Below are positions 32,694 to 43,294 of a stretch of 64,000 bases of DNA, one piece after another. Location: NCBI GenBank assembly GCA_963706575.1, contig CAVPNL010000006.1, positions 224,001 through 288,000 on the forward strand, given 5' to 3'. The DNA is from an uncultured delta proteobacterium (GTDB lineage Bacteria > Desulfobacterota > Desulfobacteria > Desulfobacterales > JAHEIW01). Position numbers and translations under genes: made by a program. Numbering within the stretch: the stretch's first letter is position 1; each line of letters opens with the position of its first letter. The notes under the pieces are model-generated. The model was given only the letters and a program-made list of their open reading frames with translations, searched no databases and was not told where the DNA came from.

Positions 32694-33656
32694 CTAATGC
32701 GCCGGCTCGGGCTGAACCAGACAAGGATCACTATCACACGAATTGACCTCCACGGTGACATGGGCGATCTCATCATAATCATCCAGCAGCTTCTTGTAAT
32801 GGTCGGGCGATTTGGGGAAATGGGTGACGATTGAAACGATAGCCGATAGATGATGGGAGCCCACCCGCCACAGGTGCAGATCGGATACGCGGTTGTCTGA
32901 ATCTGCTTCGATGATCGCGCGAATTTCCTCGACCGCCTCCGGATTGACATCGCGGTCCAGCAACACCTTACCGGTGTCCACCAGCAACCCGTAAGCCCAG
33001 CGGCTGATGATCACGGCACCCACGATGCCCATGATGGGGTCCATCCAGACCCAGCCGAATGCTTTGCCGGTAAACAATGCAATGATGGCCAGCACAGACG
33101 TCAGGGCATCGGCCAGCACATGAAAATAGGCGGCCCTTAAGTTGTGGTCGCGGAATTTTTTGGTATGCTCGTGGTCATGCCCGTTGCCATGATCGTGACC
33201 ATGCTTTTCCTGCAGCAAAAAGGCGCTGATCACATTGACCACCAGGCCGACGAATGCCACCGCAATGGCTTCGTTGAAACGAATGGGCTGGGGTGAAACC
33301 AGCCGCTGAATAGACTCAACGCCGATGAGTATTGCAATCACCGCCAATACCACCGCGCTGGTAAACCCTCCCAGCACACCGACTTTTCCGGTCCCAAAAC
33401 TGTAATTGGGGTTATCCGAGTGCCGGCGCGCGTAATAGTACGCAAAGGCAGTGATGCCCAGTGCGACGGCATGGGTGCCCATGTGCCAGCCGTCGGCCAG
33501 CAGGGCCATGGAGCCAAACAAATAGCCCGCGGTGATCTCGATAATCATCATCGACAGGGTCAGCACAATCACCCGGCGGGTATTGCGCTCACCGTGCCCG
33601 TCTTCGATATTATAGCGGTGGCGATGTTTCCATTTTTGTAAGGTGTGTATATGCAT
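32694..33656 (-). CDS. dmeF: CDF Co/Ni efflux transporter
   Basis: SMALLADGWHM, His-rich loop, DHNLRAAYFHVLADALTS. Confidence 0.88.
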   Translation of the reverse strand: MHIHTLQKWKHRHRYNIEDGHGERNTRRVIVLTLSMMIIEITAGYLFGSMALLADGWHMGTHAVALGITAFAYYYARRHSDNPNYSFGTGKVGVLGGFTSAVVLAVIAILIGVESIQRLVSPQPIRFNEAIAVAFVGLVVNVISAFLLQEKHGHDHGNGHDHEHTKKFRDHNLRAAYFHVLADALTSVLAIIALFTGKAFGWVWMDPIMGIVGAVIISRWAYGLLVDTGKVLLDRDVNPEAVEEIRAIIEADSDNRVSDLHLWRVGSHHLSAIVSIVTHFPKSPDHYKKLLDDYDEIAHVTVEVNSCDSDPCLVQPEPAH

Positions 33657-33958
33657 AATAATTTTTTAACCTGAAGAGTTCATGTAGATATGGTTAAACC
33701 CGGTATTAAAACTGCCTTTATTATATTTAAGCAGTAAGCGTTTTTTTTCAACTCCAAACTTTACAATTTTCAGCCGTGAAAATGAATGCTGTGAGATATC
33801 ATTCGGGCTCCCCTGATAGGGATAAAGATATATTGAATTTCTTAGCTTTTATTCCGCCAGCACCCTTGATATGGTGGAGAAGGCAAGAGGGAGCAGTCGG
33901 AAGCAAAAGCGATGGCGGGGAAATCCAGCCTAACCCACAAATATAGGAGGCAAAGAAG

Positions 33959-34744
33959 ATGGGGAAGCTTGATGGGAAGACAGCCATTATTACAGGGGCA
34001 GCAGGCGGAATCGGTCTTGAAATCGCCAGGCGGTTTAACCAGGAAGGTGCCGGGGTCATGATCTGCGATCGAAAACAAAAACAATTGGAGAATGCACAAG
34101 AACAGATTTCTGCCAGCAGGGAACGAGTTTTAACTGTAAGCGCAGATGTAACCTCAGAAGAAGACATTCATCAGGTGGTTTCCCGGACCGTAGAACATTT
34201 TGGTGGCATTCACATTCTGGTCAACAATGCCGGTGTTGTCAGATTTGGCAAGCTGGAGGAGGCAGACCACCTTGCCTGGCGGGATGTAATGCGAACCAAC
34301 GCCTATGCTCCGTGGCAGTTTATGGTTGCCGTGTTACCTGAGATGCGCAAGGCTGGCGGCGGATCAATCATTAATATATCTTCTATTAATGGCATTAAGG
34401 CTTTTCCGGGAATGGGTGTCTATAGCGCTTCTAAAGCCGCACAGCAAATGCTTTCGCAGGTAATGGCTATGGAAGTTGCCGCGGATAACATTCGGGTTAA
34501 TTCGATTTTACCCGGTCTGGTCGAGGATACAGAGTTTCTTTATGAAGAGATTGGCGAAGAAAATTTAGCCGATTTTTTTGCTTCTCTCAGGTCTCTTCAC
34601 CCTTTAGGGAGGAACACCAAACCCAAAGATGTAGCAGATGCCGCCTTGTTTTTGGCATCGGATCAAAGTGAATTTATATCCGGTGTGCTGCTGAACGTCG
34701 ATGGTGGACGTCACCTGGCTACCAATCGCCCTCCGGCGGCCTGA
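33959..34744 (+). CDS. SDR oxidoreductase
   Basis: TGAAGGIG, NNAG, YSASK. Confidence 0.93.
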   Translation: MGKLDGKTAIITGAAGGIGLEIARRFNQEGAGVMICDRKQKQLENAQEQISASRERVLTVSADVTSEEDIHQVVSRTVEHFGGIHILVNNAGVVRFGKLEEADHLAWRDVMRTNAYAPWQFMVAVLPEMRKAGGGSIINISSINGIKAFPGMGVYSASKAAQQMLSQVMAMEVAADNIRVNSILPGLVEDTEFLYEEIGEENLADFFASLRSLHPLGRNTKPKDVADAALFLASDQSEFISGVLLNVDGGRHLATNRPPAA

Positions 34745-34840
34745 GGGTTTTTTTCTATCTTTTGCAAAAAATCTTGCCTTCCTTAGAATGGTATGTAATC
34801 CTTTTGGTAAAAAAAAACAGAAAGAAATCGAGAAAAACAG

Positions 34841-35437
34841 ATGAACAAATGGATGGTTAAAGTATTGTTTTATACGTTATTAAGCTTCGTTTTTTTAAGT
34901 CAGGCGGTGACGGCTGATGATAAAAGTGCCGCCGAAGAATTTATAAAAAGCAACCTTAATGCCGTATTTACGGTTTTGCAGAAAGAAGATCTAACGCAGC
35001 AGGCCAAAAACAGCCAGGTCGTTGAAATCGTTACCCCCATGTTCGATTTTAAACTCATGGCCAAACTCTCATTGGGAAAGAAATACTGGCCGGATCTATC
35101 CCAGGACAAAAAGGAGCGATTTACCGAACTTTTTATCGAGCGCCTGCGGCAATCCTATCTGAATAAACTGACGGCCTACACGGATGAAAAAATTTCTTAC
35201 GAATCGCCGGTGGCGATCAATAAAAAGGTTCATATGCCCACCCAGCTGATTTCAAAAGGCAATAAAATTGATATGTTATATAAGCTTTATCCATCAAATA
35301 ACGGCTGGAAGATTTATGACGTCGAGATTCAGGGTGTCAGCATTATCCGCAGTTACCGGTCTCAATTTAATGAGATTTTGCAGAAAGGCACTTTTGACGA
35401 ACTCCTGCAGAAAATGCAAAAACCGGCGGACAACTAG
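34841..35437 (+). CDS. MlaC/Ttg2D-family periplasmic protein
   Basis: FDFKLMAKLSLG, WKIYDVEIQGVSII.SYRSQF. Confidence 0.88.
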   Translation: MNKWMVKVLFYTLLSFVFLSQAVTADDKSAAEEFIKSNLNAVFTVLQKEDLTQQAKNSQVVEIVTPMFDFKLMAKLSLGKKYWPDLSQDKKERFTELFIERLRQSYLNKLTAYTDEKISYESPVAINKKVHMPTQLISKGNKIDMLYKLYPSNNGWKIYDVEIQGVSIIRSYRSQFNEILQKGTFDELLQKMQKPADN

Positions 35438-35580
35438 AATCCATCTCAAAAATAGGATTTTGGTTCAAGATCGCGGCGGGGCCGAGTTTGAAACCGCAGG
35501 CATACTGTTGTATGTCGAGGATTTGAAACGAGGCACCAACAAAGATATGGGGCCAAAAGACATTTTTGAGATGGGTTCTA
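35435..35580. repeat. ~145-bp MITE-like element
   Basis: TAGAATCCATCTCAAAA...TTTTGAGATGGGTTCTA, central GCATAC-n4-GTATG. Confidence 0.65.
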
Positions 35581-35611
35581 AAAACCGCTTTCTTATGAGC
35601 TAAGCGATCCT

Positions 35612-38128
35612 ATGGCAAAACCGCACTCTTTGGTCACTCGTTTTTACGATCGGATTGTTCTCGAGTATCCGAAAATCGTTATACTCGGCATACTGACAGT
35701 GGTCTGCTTTCTGGGCTATAAAGCAGCGGACTTCAGACTCGATGCTTCGACCGAAACCCTGATTATCGAGACCGATGAAGACTTGCGATACTCGCGATTG
35801 ATTAAGTCGCGATATGGTGGATATGATTATTTATTGATGACATATTCCCCTAAAATCGATTTGTTTTCAGATGAGTCCTTGAAAAAACTTGCCCAGTTGC
35901 GCGATGACTTAAAGCAGACGAAACGGGTCACTTCGGTCGTTTCCATACTGGATGCCCCCTTGCTGGAAAGCCCTCCCGTGCCGGTCAAGGAGCTAACCAC
36001 CAGCCTACAAACGCTTGAATCACCAACAGTCGATCGCAAACTGGCGAAAATTGAGTTCAAAGACAGTCCCCTGTACCAAAATCTGCTTGTCAGCCCCGAT
36101 CTGAAGACCACCGGCCTTCAGGTCAATTTCCCTATCGACGAAGTCTACAAGGACTTATTGGCCCGTACCGACCATTTTCGAGAAAAAGCAGCCAGCAGCG
36201 CGCTAACAGACGCAGAAATTATTGAATTCAAAGACCTCAAAAGGCAAATCCAAAGGCGCCGGGAAATACGGAGGCAAATCCGAAGTGAGGATATCGCCGC
36301 CATCCGGGCCATTATGGACAACTACCGCCAAGATGCCCAGCTTTTCCTGGGCGGAATCAGCGTTATATCAGACGATTTAATTCGCTTTGTTAAGCAGGAT
36401 TTGAAAATATTCGGCATCGGAGTCGCATTTTTTCTGATTGTTACCTTAAGCATTATTTTTAGCAAAGTTCGTTGGGTCGTATTACCAATGCTCTGCTGTG
36501 TTTTTTCCGTCATTGCCATGATGGGTCTTCTGGGAATGTTTGGTTGGAAGGTCACCGTCATATCTTCCAATTTTATATCGTTACAGCTGATCATTACCAT
36601 GGCGATTACGATCCATTTGATCGTGCGCTACAAGGATCTTTCGTTGCGTAATCCTGAAGCTGAACAGCGTCAGCTTATCCTTGATACGGTGAGTTCAATG
36701 CTGACACCCTGCCTGTATGCCGCTCTGACGACGATCGCAGGATTCAGTTCGCTGCTGCTGAGCGATATTCTGCCCGTCAGAACATTTGGCTGGATGATGA
36801 GTGCCGGTATCGCGGTTTCGCTGATCACAACATTTCTACTCTTTCCGGCCGGGCTTATGTTGCTGGGCAAAGAAGCGCCGCAGGTCATAACGGCAAGACG
36901 TTTTTCCTTTACGGCTGCTCTCGCCAGGTTTACCGAAGCACACGGCACCTTGATAATCATCGGGAGCTACCTCATCTTAATTATGAATGTCGTCGGCTTT
37001 ACCAGACTCGTTGTTGAAAACAGCTTTATTAATTACTTTAAAGATAACACCGAAATTTATCAGGGTCTGAAAGTCATCGACGAAAAGCTTGGGGGTACAA
37101 CCCCTTTGGATGTGATCGTCGAACTCGAGGTGCCGCAAGCATCGGCAGTTATGGCGAAGAAGAAAACCAAAGGGCAGGGCGACGAAGAATTCGATCAGTT
37201 TGATGAATTTGAAGAAGCCAATGATGAAAAATATTGGTTTACCGCTGACCGGATGGCACTGGCGACGAAGATCCATGATTATCTTGACAGCCTGCCGGAA
37301 ACCGGCAAGGTGCTGTCGCTGGCAACGATGCTGAAGATTGCGAAGAAATTGAACAATGGTCAACCGTTAGATAATTTTCAGCTGGCCCTGGTGTACAGCG
37401 AACTGCCTGAGAAATTTAAGCGCATCATATTAAAACCTTACGTATCTCCGCAACACCATCAGCTGCGCTACTCCATCCGGGTCAAGGATTCCGAAAAATC
37501 TTTGAGACGCGACGCCCTCTTGAAAAAGATCCGTCATGACCTGGTTAACAAACTGGGGATAAAAGAAGACAAGCTCCATTTAACCGGCTTGCTGGTGCTC
37601 TATAACAATATGTTGCAGAGCTTGTTTAAGTCGCAGATTCTTACACTGGGAGTGGTCGTGCTGGTGCTGTTGGGTATGTTTCTGATTTTATTTCGGTCTT
37701 GGAAATTAGCGCTGATCGCGATTGCACCGAATCTGCTTGCGATTTCAGTGGTACTCGGGGTCATGGGGTGGCTGAATATTCCTCTGGATATGATGACGAT
37801 TACCATTGCGGCCATCAGTATTGGGATAGCGGTCGATAACACCATTCACTATATTTACCGCTTCAGATACGAGTTCCAGTACGAGCCTAGCTATACCAAA
37901 ACCGTTCATCAATGTCACGGCAGCATCGGCCGCGCCCTGTATTACACATCGCTGACGATTATCAGCGGTTTTTTGATTCTGACCCTGTCCAATTTTATTC
38001 CCAGCATCTATTTTGGCCTGCTGACGGCATTGGCCATGTTGATTGCCCTGGTGGCCGCCCTGACGCTGCTGCCGCAGCTCATCATTGTATTTAAACCGTT
38101 TGGGCCTGGGGCTAGGGCGAACCAGTGA
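35612..38128 (+). CDS. RND/MMPL-family transporter
   Basis: Two TM blocks, LGGTTPLDV, GIAVDNTIH. Confidence 0.88.
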   Translation: MAKPHSLVTRFYDRIVLEYPKIVILGILTVVCFLGYKAADFRLDASTETLIIETDEDLRYSRLIKSRYGGYDYLLMTYSPKIDLFSDESLKKLAQLRDDLKQTKRVTSVVSILDAPLLESPPVPVKELTTSLQTLESPTVDRKLAKIEFKDSPLYQNLLVSPDLKTTGLQVNFPIDEVYKDLLARTDHFREKAASSALTDAEIIEFKDLKRQIQRRREIRRQIRSEDIAAIRAIMDNYRQDAQLFLGGISVISDDLIRFVKQDLKIFGIGVAFFLIVTLSIIFSKVRWVVLPMLCCVFSVIAMMGLLGMFGWKVTVISSNFISLQLIITMAITIHLIVRYKDLSLRNPEAEQRQLILDTVSSMLTPCLYAALTTIAGFSSLLLSDILPVRTFGWMMSAGIAVSLITTFLLFPAGLMLLGKEAPQVITARRFSFTAALARFTEAHGTLIIIGSYLILIMNVVGFTRLVVENSFINYFKDNTEIYQGLKVIDEKLGGTTPLDVIVELEVPQASAVMAKKKTKGQGDEEFDQFDEFEEANDEKYWFTADRMALATKIHDYLDSLPETGKVLSLATMLKIAKKLNNGQPLDNFQLALVYSELPEKFKRIILKPYVSPQHHQLRYSIRVKDSEKSLRRDALLKKIRHDLVNKLGIKEDKLHLTGLLVLYNNMLQSLFKSQILTLGVVVLVLLGMFLILFRSWKLALIAIAPNLLAISVVLGVMGWLNIPLDMMTITIAAISIGIAVDNTIHYIYRFRYEFQYEPSYTKTVHQCHGSIGRALYYTSLTIISGFLILTLSNFIPSIYFGLLTALAMLIALVAALTLLPQLIIVFKPFGPGARANQ

Positions 38129-38302
38129 TAAGCGGAACTATCCTGGCCTCCGTCAAGTTTTAAGTCAATCAGCCGTTTTTTAAACTTTTCCATCCATTGT
38201 ACCTTGCCGGTCTATTCTCGATTGACACTCCTAGCGGTTTATTCATAATATCCCACAAAAAAATTGAATCTCGATTACTTTGAGATTAGCAGGAGGTCAT
38301 TT

Positions 38303-38821
38303 ATGGACGGAGTTGAAATGGTTGCCCAGTTAATGGCGATTTCCGCTACTACGGCGCCCAAAAGCAAGGGCGAAAATTTTGTAAAGACCCGTGTTCTTAA
38401 GGGAAAAGTTTTAAAGGAGCTCGCCGATGCCATGTTGGCATATGGTCAACGAACGAAAAAAAAGGACTTTGATCGCGATTCTAAAAATGTCGCCGAATCG
38501 GATGCGGTATTGCTGATCGGGTTGAAAAAAGCCAGTGTGCTGGGCCTCGATTGCGCTGCCTGCGGATTTGCGGATTGTAAGACGTTTCAAAAGCAGGAAA
38601 AAGAATCCGGTGAATTTGTCGGCCCGACCTGCGCTTTCCGTCTGCTGGATATGGGGATTGCGCTGGGGTCGGCAGTCAAAACCGCCAGCATGCTCAATGT
38701 CGATAACCGCATTATGTACCGGGTTGGCGTGGCGGTGCGCGAGATGGATCTGGTGGACTGGGAATTTGTAATGGGAATTCCGCTTTCGGTCACCGGCAAA
38801 AGTATTTATTTTGACAGATAG
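38303..38821 (+). CDS. DUF2148 ferredoxin-like protein
   Basis: TAPKSKG, CAACGFADC, DMGIALGSA, VDNRIMY. Confidence 0.8.
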   Translation: MDGVEMVAQLMAISATTAPKSKGENFVKTRVLKGKVLKELADAMLAYGQRTKKKDFDRDSKNVAESDAVLLIGLKKASVLGLDCAACGFADCKTFQKQEKESGEFVGPTCAFRLLDMGIALGSAVKTASMLNVDNRIMYRVGVAVREMDLVDWEFVMGIPLSVTGKSIYFDR

Positions 38822-39099
38822 GGACAAGTAAGGGCTTTCGTCCCAACCTGTCGAGAGCCTCAAGGTCGTGCGATTGGAATGTTGGAATACTGGAATACTG
38901 GGTATTGGGACTTTGCAAGGATGGGTTAATGTTCTTCCGAAGGCGGAACGAACAAAAAATTTAAAATGGATAATATCCTTTAAAAAACCATTATTCCATC
39001 CTTCCACTATTCCATTATTCCATGAATGGGGCCAAAACTCAGGCCTCAAATAGCACCACATACGTTTAATAAGTTATATAAATTCAGGGACGGTAAATC

Positions 39100-40335
39100 A
39101 TGCCATATTTGATGGAAGATGATCCGGAGGTGGCCCGTCTCATCCGGGATGAAGAATCCAGGGTTGAAAATACGCTGGACCTGATTGCCGCGGAAAATCA
39201 TGCACCGGCATCTATTCTGGAGGCTCAGGGGTCGATATTTAACCTGAAAGCCGCTGAAGGTTTTCCCGGAAATCGGTTTCATGCCGGCTGCCGGCATGCG
39301 GATGAGCTGGAACAGCTGGCTATTTCCAGGGCCAAAGATCTTTTTGGGGCCGAGCACGCCAATGTTCAGCCCCACAGCGGTGTTGCAGCCAATCTGGCGG
39401 TCTATTTTTCGGTGCTTGACATCGGTGATCGCATCCTGTCCATGAAATTATCCCACGGCGGGCATCTGTCCCATGGCGATTCCGCATCGATGACAAGCAA
39501 GTGCTTTGACTTTCAGCATTACGGCCTCGATCTTAGCACCGAACGCATCGATTACGACGCGGTCGAAAATCTTGCAAATCAATTCAAGCCCCGCATGATC
39601 GTCGCCGGTGCCAGCTCTTACCCCCGTTTGTTCGATTATATCAGATTGGCTGAAATTGCGAATTCGGTTTCGGCCTTTTTGCTGGTCGACATGGCTCACA
39701 TCGCGGGTCTGGTTGCTGCCGGGCTCATCCCCAGCCCGGTTCCCCATGCTGACTTTGTGACCTTTACCACCTACAAAACCTTACGGGGCGGCCGCGGCGG
39801 GGTGATTTTGTGCAAGCAGGACCATGCCGACAGGATTAACAGGGCCATCTTTCCCGGCGGGCAGGGTACCCCCGCGCTTAATTTTATTGCCGCCAAAGCG
39901 GTCTGCTTCCATCTGGCGATGGCTAATGATTTTGTCGAGCTTCAAAAGAAAACATTAAAAAACGCGGCCTGCTTTGCCGACGAGTTTGAACGCCGGGGGT
40001 ATCGAATCGTTTCCGGCGGGACTGACAATCATCTGGTGCTGATCGATTTGCGGCCAAAAGGCTTGACCGGGGCGCTGGCTGAAAAAACACTGGAATCCGT
40101 AGGAATTATCGTAAACCGCAACGTCATCCCCGGAGATCCGGAAAGACCGGATGTGACCAGCGGCATCCGCATTGGCAGCCCGGCCGTCAGTTCCAGAGAC
40201 ATGGCTGAACCGGAGGTGCAACAGATTGTGCGAATCATGGATACGGCCATGTCAAACGGCGAAAATTCACAGATCCTGGGCCAGGTGGCTGATGAAGTTA
40301 AGGATCTGTGTAAAAAATTTCCGGTTCAAAAATAG
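39100..40335 (+). CDS. glyA: Serine hydroxymethyltransferase-family enzyme, divergent
   Basis: ANVQPHSG, GGHLSHG, DMAHIAGL, TTYKTLRG, SGGTDNHL, SGIRIG. Confidence 0.8.
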   Translation: MPYLMEDDPEVARLIRDEESRVENTLDLIAAENHAPASILEAQGSIFNLKAAEGFPGNRFHAGCRHADELEQLAISRAKDLFGAEHANVQPHSGVAANLAVYFSVLDIGDRILSMKLSHGGHLSHGDSASMTSKCFDFQHYGLDLSTERIDYDAVENLANQFKPRMIVAGASSYPRLFDYIRLAEIANSVSAFLLVDMAHIAGLVAAGLIPSPVPHADFVTFTTYKTLRGGRGGVILCKQDHADRINRAIFPGGQGTPALNFIAAKAVCFHLAMANDFVELQKKTLKNAACFADEFERRGYRIVSGGTDNHLVLIDLRPKGLTGALAEKTLESVGIIVNRNVIPGDPERPDVTSGIRIGSPAVSSRDMAEPEVQQIVRIMDTAMSNGENSQILGQVADEVKDLCKKFPVQK

Positions 40336-40573
40336 TTTTCAGTTGAATTGGTTAAATTAGTTAAATTGGTTTGATTTGTTTGATTGGTTTTATTAGTTTG
40401 ACTGGTTGCTTTGATTTGTCTGTTGGAATGGCCGAATATCTGATTTTCGCTTAACCAATTGAACCAATAAAACCAAATAAACCAATAAAACGATTTGTTG
40501 ACACCACCAAAACTCTGGGAAACTTAGCAGTTTGTAAAAGCGATAAGATAGCATAATCTAAAACGGAGGTTTT

Positions 40574-41281
40574 ATGGACAACAAGAAGTTAAAAAAAGCA
40601 TTTTCCGAGCTTTCGACCCCTTTAATTGCCGATGCGTGTTTGCGGTTAGGCGTTTTTATGCGGGTTGCGCCAATCGGGATCAAACCCCTGGTTGCGGGGT
40701 GGAAAATTGCCGGGCGCGTATTACCGGTTCGACATTCCGGAAGCGTGGATATTTTTCTGGAAGTCATGGCAAAAGCAGATGCCGGTGATATTCTGACCAT
40801 TGATAATGCCGCCAGAAAACATGAAGGCTGCATCGGGGATCTTACCGCTCTGGAGGCGCAGGCAATGGGGCTGGGAGGTATTGCGGTCTGGGGATTTCAC
40901 CGGGATACGCCCCAGCTTATTGAGATCGGCTTTCCGGTTTTCAGTTACGGATCTTATCCGGTAGGACCCAAGCGCGCCTACCCGAGGGGGCGAGATGCCC
41001 TTACCACCGCAAGGTTCGGTGATTTTAAACTAACCGCCGATGATGTGGTTTTGGGCGACGACGACGGGGTGGTTTTTGCGTTGTTGCAAGATGTCGAGGA
41101 GATTATTTCGTTGGCTCGCAAGATTGCCGAAACCGAGCAACGCCAGGCTGAGAACATCAAAAAAGGGAAGACCCTTTCGCAACAAATTAAGTTCGACGAA
41201 TATTTGAAAAAACGCAGCAAAAATTCGGCCTATACCCTTCGCGAGCATCTGCAGAAAATCGGCGGAGCGATTGAAGTTTAA
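40574..41281 (+). CDS. RraA/HMG-aldolase-family protein
   Basis: IADA, CIGDL, HRD, GDDDGVV. Confidence 0.82.
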   Translation: MDNKKLKKAFSELSTPLIADACLRLGVFMRVAPIGIKPLVAGWKIAGRVLPVRHSGSVDIFLEVMAKADAGDILTIDNAARKHEGCIGDLTALEAQAMGLGGIAVWGFHRDTPQLIEIGFPVFSYGSYPVGPKRAYPRGRDALTTARFGDFKLTADDVVLGDDDGVVFALLQDVEEIISLARKIAETEQRQAENIKKGKTLSQQIKFDEYLKKRSKNSAYTLREHLQKIGGAIEV

Positions 41282-41451
41282 TTTCACCGCAGAGGCGCGG
41301 AGTTCGCAGAGTTATTTTTAGGGCTGATTTCCTGAGAGGGGATATCAAATTGGTAATCCCTCGGATTTAGGCAGGGCCTCTCAACGAAAAACCCAAAGAT
41401 ATTTCTCTCTGCGTCCTCTGCGCCTCTGCGGTGAAAATAAAGGCATCCAAT

Positions 41452-42110
41452 ATGATCAAATTTATAGAGCTTAGCCACATCCTCGAAGATGGCATGATCA
41501 CTTACACCGGTCTGCCGGGGCCCGTAATCAGCGACCATCTGAGTCGCGAAGACGCCGTGTCCCATTATTCGAAAGGCACGACATTTCAGATCGGAAAAAT
41601 CGAAATGGTCGCCAATACCGGCACCTATATCGATGCCCCCTTTCATCGCTACGCGGAGGGAATAGATTTAGTCCGGACTTGAAATGGCGTCGATCGCTAA
41701 TCTTGACGGTATCGTCTTTCGAGCCGCTCAGGGAATGCGTTCAATTGATAAGGATGTTTTCGAAAACGATAATGTTGCAGGGCAAGGCTGTCCTTATCCA
41801 TACCGGTTGGGACCGGCATTGGAGAACCGATGCGTATTTTGAAAACCATCCCTTCCTTACGCGGGATGCAGCTGAATATTTAAAATCCTCCGGTGCTGCC
41901 CTGGTGGGGATCGACTCGCTCAATATCGACGACACCACCGATGGATCACGACCGGCACATTCCATTTTGCTGAAGGCCAATATTCCGATTGTCGAACATA
42001 TGTGCCACCTGGGCGCGTTGCCCGAGAGTGGATTTAAATTCTTTGCCGTGCCCGCCCCGGTAAAGGGCATGGGGTCCTTCCCGGTGCGTGCTTTCGCGTT
42101 GATTGATTGA
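41452..42110 (+). CDS. Cyclase/kynurenine formamidase-like hydrolase, frameshifted
   Basis: NTGTYIDAPFH, VLIHTGW, VGIDSLN, IVEH, FPVRAFA. Confidence 0.8.
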
Positions 42111-42155
42111 ACTATCCTCACGCAAAGCCGCAAAGGCGCAAAGAAAAGATTTTTT

Positions 42156-42542
42156 ATGTTAAAAGAAAATAAAATTGCGAAGCTGGTTGTCGATGCAGCA
42201 TATCATGTTCATACAAAACTTGGTCCAGGTCTTTTGGAGTCAGTTTATGAAGTGGTGCTGGCCCATGAAATAGAAAAAAGAGGATTAGAACTCGAAAGGC
42301 AGGTATCGATACCTATTCAATATGACGGTTTGGCTTTTGATGAAGGATTTCGGGCTGACATGATTGTCGAAAACTCTGTTATTATTGAGCTTAAATCAGT
42401 TGAATCGGTGGCTCCTGTCCATAAAAAGCAGCTTTTAACTTATCTTCGATTGGCTGATAAAAAACTCGGTCTGTTGCTAAATTTTGGAGCACCGCTCATA
42501 AAAAAGGGAATCTTTCGGATAGTTAACAAACTTGAAGAATAA
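42156..42542 (+). CDS. GxxExxY protein flanked by inverted repeats
   Basis: GPGLLESVYE, RADMIVE..IIELKS, QLLTYL, GLLLNFG. Confidence 0.92.
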   Translation: MLKENKIAKLVVDAAYHVHTKLGPGLLESVYEVVLAHEIEKRGLELERQVSIPIQYDGLAFDEGFRADMIVENSVIIELKSVESVAPVHKKQLLTYLRLADKKLGLLLNFGAPLIKKGIFRIVNKLEE

Positions 42543-42597
42543 AACTTAAAAAAAACTTTGCGCCTTTGCGTCTTTGCGTGAGGAAATTCAAATTAGC

Positions 42598-43218
42598 ATG
42601 GATAAATCATCCGTATTTGAAGAAACCTACGCGAACTATCTGGCCCGGATTGGCAGGCTGGATTTCAAAAAAATCGCCGATCGACTCGGGGCGGAGATGG
42701 TCGCTGAAGAATTGATAATCCCTTTTTTCGGGAAACCCATACGGGTATCCACTGCCGGGATCAGCGAGCCATCCGGCGGCAGACCGAATTTTTCAGTATG
42801 TGTGGTTCTTTTTAAATACCTGCTGCTGTGCCCTGAGCATGATCCGGCTGAAAATGACTGGGTGAGCTTTAAGGATTTCAAAGATTCGGCGCCCTTTGCC
42901 GGTGCCTTCTTCAATTACACCGAAGTCCCGCTGGCCAAATATTTTTCAGGGCGCCTGAAAGATCTGGAGACCGCCTGCCGAGGAATCCAGGGTCATCCGC
43001 CGGCCGCAACGTTCTCCTATGACCTGTGCATGCAGTTCAATGCGCTGCCGAAGATTCCGGTTCTGATGCTTTTCAACGATGCCGATGAGGAGTTTCCGGC
43101 CCGGTGTGCGGTACTCTTTGAAAGACGCGCTGAAAATTATCTGGATATGGAGTGTCTGGCCATGGTGGGCATGCTGCTGTTTGAATACCTAAAACCGTTA
43201 GCAACCCCGTCGGCCTGA
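42598..43218 (+). CDS. DUF3786-family protein
   Basis: WVSFKDF, ALPKIP, DEEFPA, YLDMECL. Confidence 0.8.
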   Translation: MDKSSVFEETYANYLARIGRLDFKKIADRLGAEMVAEELIIPFFGKPIRVSTAGISEPSGGRPNFSVCVVLFKYLLLCPEHDPAENDWVSFKDFKDSAPFAGAFFNYTEVPLAKYFSGRLKDLETACRGIQGHPPAATFSYDLCMQFNALPKIPVLMLFNDADEEFPARCAVLFERRAENYLDMECLAMVGMLLFEYLKPLATPSA

Positions 43219-43294
43219 TCGGCCGGCAGGGCTGTCGGCCCGTTGTACCCTCAGGTGGCCTTTGCATCCGCCGGTACCTATAAGTGCCGCCAGG

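Noticed and set aside
38875..40490. Short repeats (GGAATACT, TTGGTT; also TTTAGGCA near 6295 and 26905-27060) as CRISPR
   Set aside because: Degenerate 8-9-bp units in inverted arrangement, with no spacers or cas genes.
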